A stretch of DNA of 64,000 bases from Alphaproteobacteria bacterium (GTDB taxonomy: Bacteria > Pseudomonadota > Alphaproteobacteria > Bin95): NCBI GenBank assembly GCA_963665325.3, contig CAXXWS020000003.1, forward strand, positions 416,001 to 480,000, in the 5' to 3' direction. Made by a program: the position numbers and the translations under genes. This document shows positions 49,277 through 59,457 of the stretch, piece by piece; positions within the stretch are counted from its first letter, which is position 1, and each line of letters opens with the position of its first letter. Under the pieces are notes generated by a model. That model ran no database searches. It worked only from the letters and a program-made list of their open reading frames with translations, and was not told the DNA's origin.

Positions 49277-50422
49277 CTACCGACCGGCCGGTCGGGTCTC
49301 CGGCCCGGAGACGCCGGCGCTCTCGAAGGTGGCCATCTCCGCATGGCAGGCGGCGGCGGCCTTGAGCAGCGCGAGCGCCAGCGCCGCCCCCGATCCTTCG
49401 CCGAGGCGCATGCCCAGGTCCAGCAGCGGTGCCTTGCCCCAGAGCGCCAGCAGGCGTCCGTGGGCGGGCTCGGCGGAGAGGTGGCCGGCCTGGCAATGGT
49501 CGAGGCCGGTCGGATCGAGCGCATGGAGTACCGCTGCCGCCGCCGCTGCGCCGTAGCCGTCCAGCACCACCGGCACGCGGCCCATACGCGCGGCGACGAG
49601 CGCGCCGAACATGGCGGCGGTCTCGAAGCCGCCGAGCCGCCTCAGCACCTCCAGCGGCGGTTGTCCGCCATGCAATGCTGCGCCGAGCCGCACCGTTTCG
49701 ATCTTGGCTTCGAGCCGGTCGCCCGAGACGCCCGTGCCGGGCCCGGTCCAGTCGTCCGCCCTTCCCCCATGGAGCCCAAGGGCGATGGCGGCGGCCGAAG
49801 TCGTGTTCGCGATACCCATTTCCCCGATGGCAAGCGCGTCGATCCCGGGCTCGATCGCCATCATTCCGTAAGCGACGGCGCGTGCGCATTCCTCGTCCGT
49901 CATCGCGGGTGCGAGGGTGAAATCCTCCGTCGGTACCTCTAGCGAGAGCTCATAGACGCGGAGTTCCGCATCCAGCGCGCCGCAGATGGCGTTCACCGCC
50001 GCACCGCCGGCGATGAAGTTCTGCACCATTTCAGCGGTTACGGAAGCGGGCCACGCCGAGACGCCCCGCGCGGCCACGCCGTGGTTTCCGGCGAACACGG
50101 CGACACGCGGCCGGTCGAGGCGCGGCGGATGGCGTCCCTGCCATGCGGCCAGCCACTCGGCCAGCTCCTCCAGCCGCCCGAGCGAGCCCGGCGGCTTGGT
50201 GAGTCCGGCCTCGCGGGCCCGCGCAGCCGCGCGAGCCTCCTCGTCGGGGCCAGGTAGATGGGCAAGCGTCTCCGCGATCTCGGCGAGCGAGGCAATCGGG
50301 GTGGCCTCGGCGAGCGAGGCAATCGGGGTGGCCTCGTCGGACGAGGCGATCGGGACAGCCTCGTCAAACGAGGCGATCGGGACAGCCTCGTCGGGCGAGA
50401 CAGGGGGAACGGATTCGGCCAT
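49277..50422 (-). CDS. cobT: Nicotinate-nucleotide-dimethylbenzimidazole phosphoribosyltransferase
   Basis: LTKPPGSLGRLE, FAGNHGV, GEMGIANTT, MRLGEGSGA, MATFESAGV. Confidence 0.95.
   Translation of the reverse strand: MAESVPPVSPDEAVPIASFDEAVPIASSDEATPIASLAEATPIASLAEIAETLAHLPGPDEEARAAARAREAGLTKPPGSLGRLEELAEWLAAWQGRHPPRLDRPRVAVFAGNHGVAARGVSAWPASVTAEMVQNFIAGGAAVNAICGALDAELRVYELSLEVPTEDFTLAPAMTDEECARAVAYGMMAIEPGIDALAIGEMGIANTTSAAAIALGLHGGRADDWTGPGTGVSGDRLEAKIETVRLGAALHGGQPPLEVLRRLGGFETAAMFGALVAARMGRVPVVLDGYGAAAAAAVLHALDPTGLDHCQAGHLSAEPAHGRLLALWGKAPLLDLGMRLGEGSGAALALALLKAAAACHAEMATFESAGVSGPETRPAGR
50279..50413. repeat. 27-bp tandem repeat (4 copies plus 1 degenerate) in the cobT 5' end
   Basis: Unit CTCG(G/T)C...CGAGGC.ATCGGG...GC encoding PIAS(L/S/F)(A/D)EA(T/V). 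Confidence 0.9.
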
Positions 50423-50458
50423 GCTGGCGGTCTATCGCGGATTCGCCCGAGGAAGTCC

Positions 50459-51154
50459 ATGCGCGCCCTGGACGACATGCGGCTGGCCTTCCAGTTCCTG
50501 ACCGTGCTGCCCGTCGGCCGGCCGGAACCGCGGCCGCTCGGCGAGGCGGCCTGGTGTTTCCCGCTCGTCGGCTTCGCGGTCGGCGCCTGCGTGGCGGTTG
50601 CGTTTCTGGCCGCGCGGGAGGTGGGCCTGTCGCCCGTGCTGGCGGGCTTCCTGGCGGTCGGCGCTGGAATCGCGCTCACCGGCGGGTTGCACGAGGACGG
50701 CCTTGCCGACACCGCGGACGGCATGGGCGTCCGGGACCCGCAGCGCGCCCTGGAGGTCATGCGGGACCCCCGTGCCGGCGCGTTCGGCGTGCTTGCGCTG
50801 GCGCTGACCGTGCCGATGCGGGCGCTCGCGCTTGCGGCGGCGGGGCCGGTGGCCGCAATCGCAGCGCATGTGCTCTCGCGGGGCGCGGTCGCGGGCGCGA
50901 TGGCCTGGACACCGCCTGCCCGCAGCGATGGGCTGGCGGCGGAGGCCGGCCCGACGGATGCGGCGGTCGCGCTGCTGCTCGCGGCGGGCATCGGCATAGC
51001 GCTCGGCTGGCAGTCCGTCCCGGCGGCAGCCCTCGCTGCCTTCGCCGCGGCATGGTGGGCCGCAAGGCGCTTCGGCGGCCATACCGGGGACACGCTCGGC
51101 GCCGTCCAGCAAGCAACGGAGCTCGCCGTCCTGCTGGCGCTTGCCGGCGCGTAA
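50459..51154 (+). CDS. cobS: Adenosylcobinamide-GDP ribazoletransferase (cobalamin synthase)
   Basis: [44 protein letters not shown]. Confidence 0.94.
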   Translation: MRALDDMRLAFQFLTVLPVGRPEPRPLGEAAWCFPLVGFAVGACVAVAFLAAREVGLSPVLAGFLAVGAGIALTGGLHEDGLADTADGMGVRDPQRALEVMRDPRAGAFGVLALALTVPMRALALAAAGPVAAIAAHVLSRGAVAGAMAWTPPARSDGLAAEAGPTDAAVALLLAAGIGIALGWQSVPAAALAAFAAAWWAARRFGGHTGDTLGAVQQATELAVLLALAGA

Positions 51155-51187
51155 AGGCGGGCCTGCGGGCAGCGGAACGGTGGCAGT

Positions 51188-51203
51188 CGTTTCACGTGAA
51201 ACA
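51188..51203. promoter_or_regulatory. parS site
   Basis: CGTTTCACGTGAAACA, 15/16 match to TGTTTCACGTGAAACA, upstream of mnmG-rsmG-parAB. Confidence 0.92.
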
Positions 51204-51263
51204 CGGCGCCGAATTGAAGCGCCGGACTTGCCCCACGCGGCGCATCGTCCTATTGAACGGCGC

Positions 51264-53102
51264 ATGAGCGGGTACGATGTCATCGTGGTCGGCGGCGGCC
51301 ATGCGGGCTGCGAAGCGGCAGCGGCGGCGGCCCGGAGGGGCGCGCAAACGCTGCTGGTCACGCACAAGCTTGAAACCATCGGCGAGATGTCCTGCAACCC
51401 GGCCATCGGCGGGCTCGGCAAGGGCCACCTGGTGCGCGAGATCGACGCTCTGGACGGCATCATGGGCCGCGCCATCGACCGGGCGGGCATACAGTTCCGG
51501 ATGCTGAACCGCAGCAAGGGGCCGGCCGTGCAGGGGCCGCGCGCCCAGGCCGACCGCAAGCTGTACCGCCTGGCGGTCCGAGCGCTGCTTGACGACCAGC
51601 CCGACCTCGAATTGCGCGCCGGCGCTGTGGAGGATCTCGTTCTGGACCGACGGGGACGAATCGCGGGCATTGCGCTCGCAGGCGGGGACATCATCGCCGC
51701 CGGGGCGGTCGTACTTACCACCGGAACCTTCCTGCGCGGCATGATCCATATCGGCAGGGAGACCGTGCCGGCAGGGCGGGTGGGCGACGCGCCGGCGGTC
51801 GGTCTGGCGCGGACGCTGGAAGGCCTCGACCTGCCGATGGGCCGGCTCAAGACGGGCACGCCGCCGCGCCTCGACGGCCGCAGCATCGCCACGGGCCGGC
51901 TGGAAGAGCAGGCGGGGGACGACCCGCCGGTGCCATTCTCGGCCATGACCGACGGCATAGACGTGCCGCAAACGGTCTGCCACGTGACGGCAACGGTACC
52001 GGAGACTCACGCGCTGGTGAGGGCCAATCTCGGCGAGACGGCCGTCTATGCCGGGCGGATCGGGGGCGCCGGGCCGCGCTATTGCCCCTCCATCGAGGAC
52101 AAGGTGGTGCGCTTTCCCGACAGGGCAGGTCACCGGATCTTCCTGGAGCCCGAGGGGCTGGACGACCCGACAGTCTATCCGAACGGCATCTCTACGGCGC
52201 TGCCGGAGGCGGTCCAGCGTGCCATGCTGAAGACGATCCCCGGCCTCGAGGATGCGGTCATGCTGCGGCCGGGCTACGCGATCGAATACGATTTCGTGGA
52301 CCCGCGCGCGCTCCGCCCGACGCTGGAACTCCGGGCCGTGCCGGGCCTTTACCTGGCCGGACAGATCAACGGCACGACCGGCTATGAGGAGGCTGCCGCG
52401 CAGGGCCTGGCTGCCGGGCTCAACGCTGCGGGCGCCGAGACCGTGTTCGACCGGGCCGAAGCCTATATCGGCGTGTTGATCGACGACCTGGTGACGCGCG
52501 GCGCGGACGAGCCCTACCGCATGTTTACCTCCCGCGCCGAATACCGCCTGAGCCTCCGGGCCGACAATGCTGACCTGCGGCTGACCGCGCGCGGCATTGC
52601 GCTTGGCTGCGTGGGCGCTGAGCGCGCGCAGCGGTTCGAGGCGCGGCGGAGCGCACTGGCGGAAGCGGAAGTGCGTGTCCGGCAGGTCGGCGGGTCGCCC
52701 GCGGCGCTCGCGGCGCTCGGTTTCCGGGTGAATGCGGACGGACGGCGGCGGAGCGCGTTCGACCTGCTCGGATATCGCGATGTCGACTGGGCGCGGGTCG
52801 CAGCCGCGTGGCCGGAACTGGCCGATATTCCCCCGGATATTGCCGGCCAGATCTCGATCGAGGCGGTCTATGCCGCCTATCTGGGCCGACAGGCGGCTGA
52901 CATCCGAGCCTACCGGAAGGACGAAGCGCTCCGTCTCCCCGAGGCGCTGGACTATGCGGCCGTTCGCGGCCTGTCCAACGAAGCGCGCGAAAGGCTTGCC
53001 GCCGCCAGGCCCGAGACGTTGGGCGCGGCCGGGCGGATGCCGGGGATCACGCCCGCCGCCGTCACCCTGCTGCTGCGGCATGTCCAGCGCGCTTGCGCCT
53101 GA
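51264..53102 (+). CDS. mnmG: tRNA uridine 5-carboxymethylaminomethyl modification enzyme GidA
   Basis: [46 protein letters not shown]. Confidence 0.97.
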   Translation: MSGYDVIVVGGGHAGCEAAAAAARRGAQTLLVTHKLETIGEMSCNPAIGGLGKGHLVREIDALDGIMGRAIDRAGIQFRMLNRSKGPAVQGPRAQADRKLYRLAVRALLDDQPDLELRAGAVEDLVLDRRGRIAGIALAGGDIIAAGAVVLTTGTFLRGMIHIGRETVPAGRVGDAPAVGLARTLEGLDLPMGRLKTGTPPRLDGRSIATGRLEEQAGDDPPVPFSAMTDGIDVPQTVCHVTATVPETHALVRANLGETAVYAGRIGGAGPRYCPSIEDKVVRFPDRAGHRIFLEPEGLDDPTVYPNGISTALPEAVQRAMLKTIPGLEDAVMLRPGYAIEYDFVDPRALRPTLELRAVPGLYLAGQINGTTGYEEAAAQGLAAGLNAAGAETVFDRAEAYIGVLIDDLVTRGADEPYRMFTSRAEYRLSLRADNADLRLTARGIALGCVGAERAQRFEARRSALAEAEVRVRQVGGSPAALAALGFRVNADGRRRSAFDLLGYRDVDWARVAAAWPELADIPPDIAGQISIEAVYAAYLGRQAADIRAYRKDEALRLPEALDYAAVRGLSNEARERLAAARPETLGAAGRMPGITPAAVTLLLRHVQRACA

Positions 53103-53694
53103 GGCGTTCGCGCGCATGGCCGATGTTTCACGTGAAACGACGGATCGTCTCGCCCGCCATCTGGACCTGTTGCGCCGATGGCAGACACGAATCAACCTGG
53201 TGGGCGCCGCGACCCTCTCCGACCCCTGGCGGCGCCATGTGCTCGACAGCGCGCAGCTCGCGCCCCTGATCCCCGCGGGCGCGCGGCTGGCGGATCTGGG
53301 CTCCGGCGCGGGATTCCCGGGCCTGGTCCTCGCCATCTTGCGGGGCGGCCCCGTGCACCTCATCGAGAGCGATGCCCGCAAGGCGGCTTTCCTGCGCGAA
53401 GCGGTTCGGGCGACCGGCGCCCCGGCCGAAGTGCATAACGCTCGCGCAGAAAATCTGGAACTCAGGGCGAATGTCGTCACTGCGAGGGCCTGCGCGCCGC
53501 TCGACCGGCTGCTCGGCCTTGCCTTGCCCCTGCTGGCGCCGGGTGGCATCTGCCTCTTCCTGAAGGGCGCGCGGGTCGAGGAAGAACTCGCGGCCGCCCG
53601 GCGGCGCTGGCGGATGACCGTGCGCCGGCGCCGCAGCCGCAGCGCTCCGGAGGGCGTTGTGCTGGAGCTCGGCGGACTGGCCCATGCCGGCTAA
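53080..53694 (+). CDS. rsmG: 16S rRNA m7G527 methyltransferase GidB
   Basis: [30 protein letters not shown]. Confidence 0.94.
   Translation: MSSALAPEAFARMADVSRETTDRLARHLDLLRRWQTRINLVGAATLSDPWRRHVLDSAQLAPLIPAGARLADLGSGAGFPGLVLAILRGGPVHLIESDARKAAFLREAVRATGAPAEVHNARAENLELRANVVTARACAPLDRLLGLALPLLAPGGICLFLKGARVEEELAAARRRWRMTVRRRRSRSAPEGVVLELGGLAHAG
53124..53139. promoter_or_regulatory. parS site inside the rsmG coding sequence
   Basis: TGTTTCACGTGAAACG, encoding D-V-S-R-E-T. Confidence 0.92.
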
Positions 53695-54475
53695 AGGCGT
53701 GCGCATCCACGCCGTCGTCAACCAAAAGGGCGGCGTCGCCAAGACGACCACGGCCGTCAATCTGGCGGCTGCGCTCGCCGCGACCGGCCGCCGCTCGCTG
53801 CTGGTCGACCTCGATCCCCAGGGCAATGCCAGCACCGGCCTCGGCGTCGGTCCCGACCGTCGCCGCATGGGTGCATGGGACCTCATGCTCGCCGGAGCCG
53901 GGGTCGGCGACGCTGCGCTCGGCACAGCCATTGCCGGCTTCGACCTCGTGCCGGCCACGGAGCGGCTGTTCGGCGCAGAATTGGAACTGGCTGGCGCTCC
54001 GTCGCGGGAGACGCGGTTGCGCAAGGCCTTGAGAGATGCCGACGGGCTCTACGATTACGTGCTGATCGATTGCCCCCCGTCGCTGGGCCTCCTGACGGTC
54101 AACGCGCTCACCGCCGCCAGGCGGGTCCTCGTGCCGTTGCAGGCCGAGTTCCTCGCGCTCGAAGGTCTTGTGCTTCTGAAACAGACTGTCGAGGCCGTGC
54201 GCGGCGCGCTTAATCCGAACCTCGTCTATGCGGGGATCCTGCTGACCATGTCGGACCGCCGCAACCGGCTCGCCGCAGAGGTCGAGGCGGATGTGCGCGG
54301 ACACCCCGAGTTCGGACGCCTCGTCTACGACACCGTCATCCCCCGCAATGTGCGCGTGTCGGAGGCGCCCTCGCACGGCAAGCCCGTGATTGTCTACGAT
54401 ATGATGGCCAGCGGCTCGCAAGCCTATATCCGTTTTGCGGGCGAGTTCCTGCGCCGGGAGGAAGGCGCCACATGA
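53684..54475 (+). CDS. parA: Chromosome partitioning ATPase
   Basis: NQKGGVAKTTT, DLDPQGNAS, DCPPSLG, IPRNVRVSEAPSHG. Confidence 0.95.
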   Translation: MPAKGVRIHAVVNQKGGVAKTTTAVNLAAALAATGRRSLLVDLDPQGNASTGLGVGPDRRRMGAWDLMLAGAGVGDAALGTAIAGFDLVPATERLFGAELELAGAPSRETRLRKALRDADGLYDYVLIDCPPSLGLLTVNALTAARRVLVPLQAEFLALEGLVLLKQTVEAVRGALNPNLVYAGILLTMSDRRNRLAAEVEADVRGHPEFGRLVYDTVIPRNVRVSEAPSHGKPVIVYDMMASGSQAYIRFAGEFLRREEGAT

Positions 54476-55323
54476 GCACCGACAGACCCGCCCGCCTCGG
54501 CAGCGGCCTTTCGACGCTGATCCCCGACGCGCCGGCCGCGGACCGGGCCTCGCCGGCAGGCGGGCGCGCAATCCCCGTCGACCGGCTCGTGCCGGGCCGG
54601 TTCCAGCCGCGGCGGCGCTTCGGCGAGCCGGCGCTGAACGCGCTGGCCCGGTCGATCCGCGACCACGGCGTTCTGCAGCCGCTCCTGGTGCGGCCTGTGG
54701 CGGAAGACCCCGCTCGCTACGAGATCGTCGCCGGCGAGCGCCGCTGGCTGGCCGCACGGCGCGCCGGGCTCGCGGAAGTGCCGGCCGTGGTAAGCGACCT
54801 GGACGACAGGGCGGCAATGGAGGCCGCGCTCGCCGAGAACATCCAGCGCAACGCCCTTACGCCGATCGAGGAGGCCGAAGGATACAAGCGCCTCCTGGAA
54901 GAGTTCGGCTGCACCCAGGAACGGTTGTCGACGGTCGTCGGGCGGAGCCGGCCGCATATCGCCAACACGCTGCGGCTGCTTACGCTGCCGGAGCATGTGC
55001 GCAACCTTGTCGATGACAGAACGCTTTCCGCCGGCCATGCCCGCGCCCTGCTCGCGGCTCCCGACCCGGTCCGCCTGGCGAACCGGGTGGTGGCCGAAGG
55101 GATGAGCGTGCGCCGCGTCGAACGTCTCGTCAGCGGGCAGCAGGACACACGCCGGCGACGGACGGGAGCCAAGGACGCCGATGTGCTGGCGCTCGAACAG
55201 GAACTCGCCGACTCCCTCGGGATCCGGGTGTCGGTAGCGCAAAAGGGCGATGGCGGCAGCCTCACCCTCCATTACCGCAGCCTGGACCAGCTCGACGACC
55301 TGTTGGGCCGTCTCAGGCGTTAG
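54472..55323 (+). CDS. parB: Chromosome partitioning protein
   Basis: FQPRRRF, GVLQPL, AGERRW, ENIQR..L.PIEEA, GRSR.HIAN.LRLL, LSAGHARALL. Confidence 0.95.
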   Translation: MSTDRPARLGSGLSTLIPDAPAADRASPAGGRAIPVDRLVPGRFQPRRRFGEPALNALARSIRDHGVLQPLLVRPVAEDPARYEIVAGERRWLAARRAGLAEVPAVVSDLDDRAAMEAALAENIQRNALTPIEEAEGYKRLLEEFGCTQERLSTVVGRSRPHIANTLRLLTLPEHVRNLVDDRTLSAGHARALLAAPDPVRLANRVVAEGMSVRRVERLVSGQQDTRRRRTGAKDADVLALEQELADSLGIRVSVAQKGDGGSLTLHYRSLDQLDDLLGRLRR

Positions 55324-55498
55324 CCCGCAGCTTGCGGCGCGGCCGGGCCGCCACAATCCTCGACGCGCCTCCGGAGAAAACGGACCCCTTGCGCCGGAGA
55401 GTGCGCTTGGGCCGTGAATGGTGTCATAGTGCGAGGGTCGACATTCGTTCCGGCGGCAGTGCGAGCCGGAACGAACACCAGGGAGAGAGGGTTCAACG

Positions 55499-56647
55499 AT
55501 GAGAAGAACGACAGTGTTTCTTGCTGCGCTTGCCGCGACCGCCATCGCGGGCGGTTCGGTCGGTCATGCAGGGGACGTCAAGCTCCCCGATACGCTTGTG
55601 ACCACGGCGTACAATACGGGCACGACCGGCTACAGCCAGATGATTGCGGTCGGCGGCATGCTGAAGAAGCGGTATGGCGTCAATCTTCGCGTTCTGCCCG
55701 GCAAGAACGACGTAGCGCGCCTGGCGCCGGTCAAGGCGGGCAAGGCGCAGTTCACGGCGACGGGCTCCGACAGCGTTTACGCGCAAGAGGCGGTCTTTGC
55801 GTTCGGCGGCGAGAAATGGGGACCGTCCCCCGTTCGTCTTCTCATGCTCAATCGAGGCAAGGGCTGCACGACCTTCGCCGTCGCAGAGGACACGGGCGTG
55901 AAGACGATGGCCGACCTCAAGGGCAAGCGCATCGGCTGGGTGCGGGGATCGCCGGCGCTCCAGAAAGCCGTCGAAGCATTGCTCGGGTTCGCCGACCTGA
56001 CCACCGACGATGTGCAGCTTGTGGAGGTCGGCGGCTGGGCGGCGTCGATCAACGGCATTATCGACGGCGACATCGACGCGTCGATCACCTCGTCGAGCTC
56101 GACCTTCATGAAGAAGATGGAAGCGAGCCCGCGCGGCGTCTTTCATCCGCCGCTGCCGCACTCGGACGCCGATGGTTGGGCACGCGTGCAGAAAGTCGTT
56201 CCCTGGTATGTGCAGGGCATATGCACGCACGGTCCCGGCGTTCCCGACGGGCGGCAGGAGTCGATCGCCAGCATCTATCCGATCCTGATCAGCACAACCG
56301 CGGTTTCCGACGAGGTCGCTTACAGCCTGACCAAGGCCATGGTGACGCATTTCGACGACTACAAGGATGGCGCGCCCGCCGCCGACGGTTGGGCTCTGGA
56401 CCGCCAGCTCTACAACTTCTACCTGCCGATGCATCCGGGCTCGATCGCCTATTACAAGGAGGCCGGCACCTGGAACGCCGAAGGCCAGGCGAACCAGGAG
56501 GACAAGCTGCGCCGCCAGGATGTCCTGAAGAAGGCCTGGGACGCCCATGTGGCGAGCGGGCCTGCCGATTTCGTGAAGGAGTGGCAGGCGTCCAGGGCCA
56601 TGGCGCTGAGCGACGCCGGATTCGACCCCGTCTTCACCTCCTGGTAA
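55499..56647 (+). CDS. TAXI family TRAP transporter solute-binding subunit
   Basis: Signal peptide, DLKGKRI, PMHPGSIAYYKE; adjacent fused TRAP permease. Confidence 0.87.
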   Translation: MRRTTVFLAALAATAIAGGSVGHAGDVKLPDTLVTTAYNTGTTGYSQMIAVGGMLKKRYGVNLRVLPGKNDVARLAPVKAGKAQFTATGSDSVYAQEAVFAFGGEKWGPSPVRLLMLNRGKGCTTFAVAEDTGVKTMADLKGKRIGWVRGSPALQKAVEALLGFADLTTDDVQLVEVGGWAASINGIIDGDIDASITSSSSTFMKKMEASPRGVFHPPLPHSDADGWARVQKVVPWYVQGICTHGPGVPDGRQESIASIYPILISTTAVSDEVAYSLTKAMVTHFDDYKDGAPAADGWALDRQLYNFYLPMHPGSIAYYKEAGTWNAEGQANQEDKLRRQDVLKKAWDAHVASGPADFVKEWQASRAMALSDAGFDPVFTSW

Positions 56648-56756
56648 TCCGAGCCGTTCCGGGGCGGACGGCCGGCCGGGCCCGGGCAAAAGAGCCCCGG
56701 TCCTGCCGCCGGCCGCCCCAAGCGGTTCTTGACCCGCACGGGGGGTAGCGAGAGCC

Positions 56757-58778
56757 ATGTCCGACGAGCCGGGCGCCGGGGCGCCGGCTGCAGAAGCCGG
56801 TGGCGAGGTCGAAGACTTCGAACTGTCACGCTATCGCAGTCCGGGGCGCTGGTGGGTCTCGGTCGCCTTTCTGCTGACGGCCATATCCGTGTCGCTGGCG
56901 GTCAACCAGATTTTCCGCCTGAATTTCTTCAAGAACGTCACCGGCCACGTGCTTGTCGACCAGCAATACATGTATCTGATCCTCGGATCGATGCTGGCGA
57001 TGCTGTTCATCTTCATGCCGGCCTACAAGACGGCGCCGCGCCGGACCGTTCCGCTCTACGATATCGCCGCATTCTTCGTCACGCTCGTGCTGACGACCTA
57101 TTTCACCTGGCACGGCGAAGCCATCAATGAGGAAATCTGGGCCGAGACCTTTCTGGCGCCCTGGCATGCGCCCTGGTTCGCCGTAGCCCTCTGGCTGCTG
57201 ATCCTCGAAGGAGGGCGGCGCGCCGGCGGCTGGCCGGTTTTTGCGGTCTGCCTGACGGCATCCTTCCTTCCGGTCTATCTGAACATCATCGTTCCGGATG
57301 CCGCCGTCGAGCGAACGGTGGTGGAAACGGCCTCATATCATGTCTATTCGGAGGAGAGCGTACTCGGAATCCCGATGCGCGCCTTCACGACACTGGTTTT
57401 CGGCTTCCTGCTGTTCGGAAACGCGCTGGTCTATACGGGCGGCGGCCAGTTCTTCATCAATCTCGCCTTCGCGCTTCTGGGCCATGTCCGCGGCGGTCCC
57501 GCCAAGGTGGCCATTTTCTCTTCGGGCCTCTTCGGCTCGATGTCGGGCGGGCCGATCACCAATGTGCTCACGACCGGGGCGCTGACCATCCCCGCGATGA
57601 AGCGCATCGGCGTGCGGGCGAAAACCGCGGGCGCCATCGAAGCCTGCGCGTCCACCGGCGGCACGATGATGCCGCCGATCATGGGCGCCACCGCCTTTGT
57701 CATGGCGGACTTTCTCGATGTGTCCTACCTGACCGTCGCCATCGCCGCTCTCGTGCCGTCGCTGCTCTACTATTTCGGGCTGTTCATGCAGATCGACGCC
57801 TATGCGGCGCAGAACCGGCTGGTCGGCCTCGACCGCTCGGAGCTCCCGACCCTCGGAGCCGTGTTCAGAGACGGCTGGTACTATGTGGCCGCGTTCGGCG
57901 TCCTGATCTACCTGCTCGTCTTCCTCTGGCGGGAGGCCCAGGCGCCGTTCTACGCCACCTTGCTCCTCCTCGCCGTCAACCAGTTCAACAAGAACCACAG
58001 GCTGAGCTGGGCGACCTTCAAGACATACATCTACTCGACGGGCGGCCTGCTAGCCGAACTGGCCGGGCTGCTTGCCGCGGTGGGGCTCGTCGTCGGCGCG
58101 CTGCAAGCGACGGGCATGACGGGATCGATCACCAACGACCTGGTCAATCTCGCGGGAGACACGCCGTTCGTTCTGCTCCTCATGGGGGCGGTGACGAGCT
58201 TCATCCTCGGCATGGGGATGACGGTGACGGCGGCTTACATCTTTCTGGCCATCATTCTGGCGCCGGCGCTCATCAAGATCGGCATGGACCCGATGGCGGT
58301 GCACATGTTCGTGCTCTATTGGGGGATGCTGTCCTTCATCACGCCACCGGTGGCGCTCGCCGCGTTCGCGGCGGCGTCGGTCGCCAAATGCGAACCGCTG
58401 GAGACCGGCTTCGAAGCGATGCGCATAGGAGCGGTGATCTACTTCATCCCGTTCTTCTTCGTCTTCAATCCCGCCTTGCTGCTCCAGGGCGCACCGGGCG
58501 AAACGGTGGTCGTGCTGATTACCGCGGTCTGCGGCATCCTGCTCGTGAGCGCCGGCCTTCAGGGCTACCTTGTCGGCGTCGGCGATGTCGGCCGCGGGCC
58601 GCTCGGATGGATCGCGCGCCTGTCGCTTGCGCTCGGCGGGGCCGCGCTTGCCGCTCCGGGCGGCGGGATGATCGGCGTCGGGCATACCGAGTTGACGCTG
58701 CTTGCCGTGGCCTTGGCGGCACCGGGCATATCGATCGCTCTGACGCGCGCCCGGGGTCGTCCGCGCGCGGTCATGTGA
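56757..58778 (+). CDS. TRAP transporter fused 4TM/12TM permease
   Basis: GGPAKVA, TIPAMK, EACASTGG.MMPPIMGATAF, ITPPVALAAF. Confidence 0.92.
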   Translation: MSDEPGAGAPAAEAGGEVEDFELSRYRSPGRWWVSVAFLLTAISVSLAVNQIFRLNFFKNVTGHVLVDQQYMYLILGSMLAMLFIFMPAYKTAPRRTVPLYDIAAFFVTLVLTTYFTWHGEAINEEIWAETFLAPWHAPWFAVALWLLILEGGRRAGGWPVFAVCLTASFLPVYLNIIVPDAAVERTVVETASYHVYSEESVLGIPMRAFTTLVFGFLLFGNALVYTGGGQFFINLAFALLGHVRGGPAKVAIFSSGLFGSMSGGPITNVLTTGALTIPAMKRIGVRAKTAGAIEACASTGGTMMPPIMGATAFVMADFLDVSYLTVAIAALVPSLLYYFGLFMQIDAYAAQNRLVGLDRSELPTLGAVFRDGWYYVAAFGVLIYLLVFLWREAQAPFYATLLLLAVNQFNKNHRLSWATFKTYIYSTGGLLAELAGLLAAVGLVVGALQATGMTGSITNDLVNLAGDTPFVLLLMGAVTSFILGMGMTVTAAYIFLAIILAPALIKIGMDPMAVHMFVLYWGMLSFITPPVALAAFAAASVAKCEPLETGFEAMRIGAVIYFIPFFFVFNPALLLQGAPGETVVVLITAVCGILLVSAGLQGYLVGVGDVGRGPLGWIARLSLALGGAALAAPGGGMIGVGHTELTLLAVALAAPGISIALTRARGRPRAVM

Positions 58779-58848
58779 CGTGAGCGGATAAAACCGCAGG
58801 CGGGGAAACCGCGAGGCGCCCGACCTGCCGAAGCCGCCGGGCAGAAAA

Positions 58849-59457
58849 TCAGCCGGCGATTCTCGTGCGCAGCTTCAATAGCAGCCCGTCCAGACCGCCG
58901 GCTTCGAGCACGATTGCCGAAAACTCCTCACGCTGGGCGATGACCATGCTTACCCCTTCGATCACGAGGTCGGTGATTGCATGTTTCCCGTCCGTGCTGT
59001 CCACCCTCCAGTCGAGCAGGACGGGCGCTCCCTCGGTGCGCGTCGCCGTCGTATAGACCATCGACCAGCCTTCGAAGTCCCTGACCCCGTCCACCGTGAT
59101 GTCCAGGCCCGCCAGATCCTCGAACCGGCCGGCGTAGAGGCCGGAAAGATAGTCTTCCAGCAGCCTCCTGAATTCCGCCCGTTTCGACGGAGGCGCCCGC
59201 CGCCAGTGCCGTCCCAGCACTAGCTTGCCGATCTTGTCCAGATCGAAGTCCCTGTTCAACACTTCGCGGAAGCGGGCCTTTCTTTCTTCGAGCGGCGTCG
59301 TGGGGTCCGTCAGTTGCGGGAGAACCTTTGTAGCGAGTTCCTGAATAAACCCGCCTGCGCCGCTGTCTGCCGCCGCCGATCCGGCGACCGTGAACAGGAG
59401 GAATGGCAGGAAGAGGGCAAGGCGCAGAGGACGCATGGCGATTTTCCCCGGTTTCAT
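58849..59457 (-). CDS. mlaC: Phospholipid-binding protein MlaC/Ttg2D
   Basis: FD...IGKLVLGRHWR, ITDLVIEGVSMV.AQREEF. Confidence 0.87.
   Translation of the reverse strand: MKPGKIAMRPLRLALFLPFLLFTVAGSAAADSGAGGFIQELATKVLPQLTDPTTPLEERKARFREVLNRDFDLDKIGKLVLGRHWRRAPPSKRAEFRRLLEDYLSGLYAGRFEDLAGLDITVDGVRDFEGWSMVYTTATRTEGAPVLLDWRVDSTDGKHAITDLVIEGVSMVIAQREEFSAIVLEAGGLDGLLLKLRTRIAG

Noticed and set aside
50422-50459. Cobalamin riboswitch for cobT/cobS
   Set aside because: Intergenic gap is only 36 bp and no B12 box is visible
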